A stretch of 64,000 bases of DNA, taken from positions 1,912 to 65,911 of the forward strand of contig JAZDLX010000115.1 of NCBI GenBank assembly GCA_043801585.1, given 5' to 3'. The notes under the pieces were generated by a model. That model was not told the origin of the DNA. It did not search any database and saw nothing but the letters and a program-made list of their open reading frames with translations. The translations under genes were made by a program, and so were the position numbers. Below are positions 59,565-64,000 of the stretch, piece after piece (the first letter of the stretch is position 1; each line of letters starts with the position of its first letter). The DNA comes from a bacterium. GTDB lineage: Bacteria; Electryoneota; Electryoneia; Electryoneales; Electryoneaceae.

Positions 59565-60443
59565 ATGATTGTCAGTCTTACCGGTTTCGGCCGGGCGGAA
59601 GTGGAAGATGGGGATCTGCGTTTCAGCGTGGAAGTGCGCAGCGTCAACAACCGTTTCCTCGAGATCGGCACCAAGTTGCCACGCAGCCTGGTCAACCAGG
59701 AGATGGAGTTTCGTGCCCTGGTTCGCAACCGTGTCGATCGCGGCAAAGTGAACCTGTTTATTCAGGAGGACCGGTCGGCGATCCGGCAAACAAAGCTGAA
59801 TTTTGACCAGGCTTCCGCCAAGGCCCTCGCCGACGGACTTCGCGAGCTTGCTCAATCGGCTGGTGTCAAGGACGATCTGACCCTCTCGGATCTTGTACAC
59901 TTGATGGAATGGTTCACCGGCGAGAACGATGACGAGGATTCAGGCCAGCGGTTGGCGCTGGCGAAAAGGGGGATTGAGGCCGCGTTCGACGAATTCGACC
60001 GCATGCGTGCGGAGGAGGGCAACAACCTTGAAGCCGATTTCCGGCAGCGGCTTGAGTCGATTTTCGAAGTGCTCGCGAAAGTGGAAACCAAGACAGACAC
60101 TGTCCGCGAGAGCCAGCTCGAAAAGCTGCGTGAACGGATCGAGCGCTACGTCACCTCCGACCAGGTAGATGAAAGCCGTCTCGAACAGGAAGTCGCTTAC
60201 ATCCTGGACCGGTTGGACATTACCGAAGAGATTGTGCGGCTTCGCAGCCATATCCAGCTTTTCCATAATGCCCTCGAGGGCGGCGGGAGCGTCGGCAAGC
60301 GCTTGAATTTCATTCTTCAGGAAATGAACCGGGAGATCAACACGATTGGTTCGAAATGTCAGGACGCCGAAACGGCGTCGTGGGTCGTGGAGATGAAGGA
60401 CGAGGCGGAAAAGATACGCGAACAGGTCCAGAATGTCGCCTGA
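59565..60443 (+). CDS. yicC: YicC-family stress-induced protein
   Basis: MIVSLTGFGRAE... YicC N-domain and C-terminal DUF1732 region (NFILQEMNREINTIGSK). AGAAGGGGG RBS. Start is frame-consistent with the ORF track. Confidence 0.85.
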   Translation: MIVSLTGFGRAEVEDGDLRFSVEVRSVNNRFLEIGTKLPRSLVNQEMEFRALVRNRVDRGKVNLFIQEDRSAIRQTKLNFDQASAKALADGLRELAQSAGVKDDLTLSDLVHLMEWFTGENDDEDSGQRLALAKRGIEAAFDEFDRMRAEEGNNLEADFRQRLESIFEVLAKVETKTDTVRESQLEKLRERIERYVTSDQVDESRLEQEVAYILDRLDITEEIVRLRSHIQLFHNALEGGGSVGKRLNFILQEMNREINTIGSKCQDAETASWVVEMKDEAEKIREQVQNVA

Positions 60444-61047
60444 TGGGAAACGGAGTCCGGGATGCCTGATCGTCTTTGCTGCGCCTTCGGGCGCAGGAAA
60501 GACCACGATCATTCACCAGGTGATGCAGCGTGTTGAGGGGTTGACTTTCTCGGTATCCTCGACGACACGAGCCCGCAAAGAGGGGGAAGTGGACGGCGTC
60601 GATTATAACTTTCTCGGCGAGGAAGAATTCGACACGGCCCTGAAAGCGGGGGATTTTCTCGAACATGAAATTGTCCACGGGAAACTATACGGTACGCGTA
60701 TTTCAAAGATCCAACCGCTGCTTGACGAGGGGAAGGATGTCGTATTCGATCTGGACGTGCTCGGAGCATTGAATGTAAAACGACTGTTTCCTCAAGCACT
60801 CTTGATATATATTGAAGTTCTCTCGACGGAAATTCTTCGAGACCGGCTGAGAAAGCGAGGCCGCGAGAATGACGCCGAGATCGATCTGCGCCTGAAACGT
60901 TACGAAATGGAACGTTCAAAGGCGCAGCAGTTTGATAGGGTCGTGATCAACGACGATCTCGAGTGTGCAGTTCAGGAGATTGTCGATGTGATCGAGCGTT
61001 TCCGGAGCGGCGAACATGCCGCTTCCACACGAGGAGGAAGGCCGTGA
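60433..61047 (+). CDS. gmk: guanylate kinase
   Basis: P-loop APSGAGKTT and SSTTRARKEGEVDGVDYNF GMP-binding region. Overlaps the yicC stop by 11 nt. Confidence 0.9.
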   Translation: MSPDGKRSPGCLIVFAAPSGAGKTTIIHQVMQRVEGLTFSVSSTTRARKEGEVDGVDYNFLGEEEFDTALKAGDFLEHEIVHGKLYGTRISKIQPLLDEGKDVVFDLDVLGALNVKRLFPQALLIYIEVLSTEILRDRLRKRGRENDAEIDLRLKRYEMERSKAQQFDRVVINDDLECAVQEIVDVIERFRSGEHAASTRGGRP

Positions 61048-61055
61048 GCCACGAG

Positions 61056-61433
61056 ATGTTTCTGGCCGAGGATTTCCACGGCAATGCGGACAACATTTAT
61101 GAAGCTATCGTCGCCATCGCGCGTCGTGCTCGTCAAATCGGCGAAGAACAGCGTAGAGAGATGGATGCGTATCTGAGCCAGGTGGAGATGCTCGAGAAGT
61201 TCACCGAGGATGAGGAGAACTACGACGAGCCGGTCCGCCAGCATGAGCCGGTACTTCAATTCGAAAAGCCGACGATTCTCTCCTTGCGTGAGATGATCGC
61301 TGATAAACTCGACCTGCTGCGTCCGGAACTTCCCAAGGAGGAGGCCGAGGCCATCGCCGGGTTCACCAGCGGACCCGTGGATACCGAGAGCGTCGGCGGA
61401 TTTGGCGGAAAACTGGATTTGTCCGAGGAGTAG
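61056..61433 (+). CDS. rpoZ: DNA-directed RNA polymerase subunit omega
   Basis: NIYEAIVAIARRARQIGEEQ core omega motif. GAGGAGG RBS. Sits in the conserved gmk–rpoZ–coaBC position. Long acidic C-terminus, as in FCB-group omega subunits. Confidence 0.7.
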   Translation: MFLAEDFHGNADNIYEAIVAIARRARQIGEEQRREMDAYLSQVEMLEKFTEDEENYDEPVRQHEPVLQFEKPTILSLREMIADKLDLLRPELPKEEAEAIAGFTSGPVDTESVGGFGGKLDLSEE

Positions 61434-61436
61434 ACG

Positions 61437-62663
61437 ATGGACGCCGCGGGCGGCCAAGAGGCGAAAGACCTTTCAGGACGCCGGGTACTGGTAGCCTTAT
61501 GTGGCGGAATCGCCGCCTACAAAGTCGTTGAAGTCGTGCGAAGACTGATCAAGCGGGGTGCGGATGTTCGGGTGATGATGACCGAAGCCGCGACCCGCTT
61601 TGTGTCTCCAGTCACTTTTGCCGCGATCACCGGCCAGCGAGTCGGATTGAACATGTGGTCGGATCCCGGTGATTCGTCGGTCGATCATCTGCAACTGCCT
61701 CACAGCGCGGATCTGATCCTCGTCGCCCCTGCGACGGCGAACATGATCGCGAAGATGGCCGCGGGGCTTGCGGACGACCTCGTCTCCACGGCGCTCGTTG
61801 CCGCCCACTGTCCGGTGATTATTGCTCCCGCGATGAACACCCACATGTACGCCCATCCCTCCGTTTCAAGGAACCTGGCGACCCTTGCGCAGCGGGGTGT
61901 ACATCAGGTAGGACCGGCCAAAGGGGAGATGGCGGCGCCCGGCGAAGAACCCGGTTTCGGCCGGATGAGCGAACCGGAGGAGATCGTGGAGGCCGTAGCG
62001 GGTCTATTGTTGGACTCTTCAACGGGACCTCTTGCGGGCAGGACCGTCCTGATCACCGCCGGACGCACGGAAGAACCCATCGACGACGTCCGGGTGATCA
62101 CCAACCGAAGCAGCGGGAGAATGGGTGTAGCGCTTGCGGAGGCCGCACGAAACGCAGGGGCGAGAGTCATCTTCGTGCACGGCCCGATGGATGTTGCGCC
62201 TCCGGATGGTGTCGAAACGGTCCAAATTCGAAGCGCCCAGGAGATGAGGGATGCTGTCGTCTCCCGCGTTGCCTCCTGCAACGCCGTGTTGTATGTCGCG
62301 GCGGTCGCTGATTGGCGGCCAAAAGCGGTGTTCAAAGGGAAGATGAAAAAAGAGGGGACTGCTCCTCCTTCCATCGAATTTGTGGAAAACCCGGACGTTG
62401 CGGCGGAAACCGCAAAACTTTGCCCCGGATTCACCCTCGGATTCGCGTTGGAGACCAGCGAATCCCGTGAAAACGCCGAGAACAAATTGAAACGCAAGGG
62501 CTTGAGCGCTATACTCCTCAATACCGCTGATGCCATCGGTTCCGATTCTTCCAAATTGACCTGGATTCAACCGGGGCAACCGGCTGAGAACTCCGGCAGG
62601 AGGAGCAAACGGGATCTTGCGCAGTGGGTGATCTCTCATCTCGCTGAACGCATCCACGCTTGA
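61437..62663 (+). CDS. coaBC: bifunctional phosphopantothenoylcysteine decarboxylase / phosphopantothenate-cysteine ligase
   Basis: N-terminal flavoprotein domain (RVLVALCGGIAAYK...PAMNTHMY) and C-terminal CoaB ligase domain. 408 aa. Confidence 0.9.
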   Translation: MDAAGGQEAKDLSGRRVLVALCGGIAAYKVVEVVRRLIKRGADVRVMMTEAATRFVSPVTFAAITGQRVGLNMWSDPGDSSVDHLQLPHSADLILVAPATANMIAKMAAGLADDLVSTALVAAHCPVIIAPAMNTHMYAHPSVSRNLATLAQRGVHQVGPAKGEMAAPGEEPGFGRMSEPEEIVEAVAGLLLDSSTGPLAGRTVLITAGRTEEPIDDVRVITNRSSGRMGVALAEAARNAGARVIFVHGPMDVAPPDGVETVQIRSAQEMRDAVVSRVASCNAVLYVAAVADWRPKAVFKGKMKKEGTAPPSIEFVENPDVAAETAKLCPGFTLGFALETSESRENAENKLKRKGLSAILLNTADAIGSDSSKLTWIQPGQPAENSGRRSKRDLAQWVISHLAERIHA

Positions 62664-62744
62664 GCAAAAACCTTGATACCGGACCGGTGACTTTTTAATA
62701 CCTTCTGCTCTGGCACACCATCACCAGTACAACAGCTTATATCC

Positions 62745-63644
62745 ATGAAGAACAACAACCTGAAATACGATGCTATCCGCTATCTGGCCCAACAGGCAGA
62801 ACGGGACCGTCTGCTCTGGAAACATCCGGCAGGGGTCAAACCGGTTGATCTTGAGTCGGGTGGACTTCCGACTGATCAGCAGAGCGACCGCTCGTCTCGG
62901 ACCCCGCCGTCAGCCATCAGCGCGTTGAAAAAAGGGTTGAAACAGGCAAGGGAGGAGTGGGTGCCGCCAGCAGTGACCAGTCGAGGCAAGAATTCTCCGT
63001 CACCTTGGGAACGAGGTGCGCCGGAACCTGAGCCGTTGATTCCGATCCCGGGACAGATCGAAAACCCATTTCCAGACTATAACGATCTGGATTCGTTCGA
63101 TAAAGCGATCAGCGGCTGTATGAAATGTCCCCTGGGGGCGACACGGACGAAATTCGTTTTTGGTATCGGCGATCCCAATGCAGATCTTGTGCTGGTGGGA
63201 GAGGCGCCGGGTGCGGATGAAGATCGGCAGGGAGACCCCTTTGTCGGGCGTGCGGGCAAGCTCCTCGACCAGATTCTCTCAGCGGTCGATTTGAGACGTG
63301 GGGAAGGCGTCTATATCGCGAACATCCTGAAATGCCGCCCACCGGGAAACCGCGATCCACTGACCTCCGAGGTGGAACAGTGCGAACCGCACCTCGTGAA
63401 ACAATTGCAGCTTCTTCAGCCGAAATTGATTGTCGCATTGGGGCGCATCGCGGCTCAGACTCTGCTCAGGTCAACCATGTCCCTGACGAAGATGCGGGGG
63501 CATGTGCACGATTATCACGGCATTCCGTTGCTCGTAACCTTCCACCCAGCAGCGCTTTTGCGCAATCCTCAATGGAAGCGGCCAACCTGGGAGGATGTCC
63601 AGCAGATGAAAAAGCTCCTCGACGAGCTCCGTGCAAAAAGCTGA
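62745..63644 (+). CDS. family-4 uracil-DNA glycosylase with N-terminal extension
   Basis: CMKCPLGATRTKFVFGIGDPNADLVLVGEAPGADED motif A and HPAALLRNP motif B of UDG family 4 (Fe-S). Confidence 0.85.
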   Translation: MKNNNLKYDAIRYLAQQAERDRLLWKHPAGVKPVDLESGGLPTDQQSDRSSRTPPSAISALKKGLKQAREEWVPPAVTSRGKNSPSPWERGAPEPEPLIPIPGQIENPFPDYNDLDSFDKAISGCMKCPLGATRTKFVFGIGDPNADLVLVGEAPGADEDRQGDPFVGRAGKLLDQILSAVDLRRGEGVYIANILKCRPPGNRDPLTSEVEQCEPHLVKQLQLLQPKLIVALGRIAAQTLLRSTMSLTKMRGHVHDYHGIPLLVTFHPAALLRNPQWKRPTWEDVQQMKKLLDELRAKS

Positions 63645-63696
63645 CAAACCGCTGGCTGCCTGACTACGTTAGAAGATGGGAACTCCAGGAAGAGTG

Positions 63697-64000
63697 ATGA
63701 ACAAAAGAGACCAGCGCACACGGCAAGATGGCAACGGAAAGGAACATCCGGGTAAAGTTCCGCCGAGTGATTATCAGGCGGAGCAGGCAGTGCTCGGAGC
63801 GATCCTGCTCGACTCCACGGCCTTTGCGAAAGCCAATGAATTCGTCCGCGAGGATTCCTTTTACTGGGAGAAACACGCCCGCATCTTCGGTGTGATGCAC
63901 AAGCTGTTCGACGACAGCCGTCCGACCGATCTGGTGACCGTGGCCGCTGAGCTGAAATCCGCCGATCTGCTTGCGGAGGTTGGGGGCGACTACTATCTGA
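63697..64000 (+). CDS. dnaB: replicative DNA helicase DnaB, N-terminal ~100 codons; continues beyond window
   Basis: PPSDYQAEQAVLGAILLDSTAF... conserved DnaB N-terminal helical domain. ATG 63697. Confidence 0.8.
   Translation, partial: MNKRDQRTRQDGNGKEHPGKVPPSDYQAEQAVLGAILLDSTAFAKANEFVREDSFYWEKHARIFGVMHKLFDDSRPTDLVTVAAELKSADLLAEVGGDYYL

Overview
High-GC (~60%) bacterial chromosomal segment, densely coding and syntenic, with no recognisable mobile elements, CRISPR arrays, rRNA or tRNA genes. Lineage is inferred from three features: a T9SS C-terminal sorting domain on an LVIVD-repeat protein, a complete bacillithiol pathway (bshA/B/C) and hopanoid-type squalene synthases (hpnC/hpnD); together these point to the FCB superphylum. 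Gene content is housekeeping and metabolic: enolase (truncated at the window edge), M1 aminopeptidase, TrmH, CPBP protease, SpoIID-domain protein, PlsC, and a seven-gene minus-strand operon (SAM methyltransferase–bshC–bshB–bshA–pgm–hpnC–hpnD). Further on are GDP-mannose pyrophosphorylase, Crp, and a MeaB-chaperoned split acyl-CoA mutase with isobutyryl-CoA-mutase signature residues whose two subunit genes are separated by a 1.5-kaa multisensor hybrid histidine kinase. Then come YebC, a full SUF Fe-S operon (Rrf2–sufCBD–Rieske–sufS–sufU), a branched-chain 2-oxoacid dehydrogenase operon (E1alpha/E1beta/E2/E3 plus an LplA-like gene), rubredoxin, an LKR/saccharopine dehydrogenase-like gene, a Trx–NHL protein and glutathione peroxidase. 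The window ends with a fatty-acid hydroxylase, PntAA/AB/B transhydrogenase, nitroreductase, and a yicC–gmk–rpoZ–coaBC–udg–dnaB stretch. Features outside protein-coding genes that most merit follow-up: (i) a tandem array of about five 84–96-bp units at 49.9–50.3 kb, each built like a small RNA (5' hairpin, single-stranded segment, intrinsic terminator); (ii) a single-base frameshift in a PSCyt1-type CxxCH lipoprotein gene; (iii) an ORF-free lower-GC ~850-bp region with an orphan minus-strand terminator; (iv) a cluster of ~19–20-bp-spaced direct repeats plus long hairpins at 57.7–58.1 kb; (v) a PntAA subunit carrying a histone-H1-like Lys/Ala/Pro tail. No canonical defence system was detected. 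The many long antisense ORFs in the six-frame track are high-GC artefacts. Line-read coordinates (repeats, hairpins, terminators) may be off by ±1–2; CDS coordinates are frame-consistent with the ORF track.
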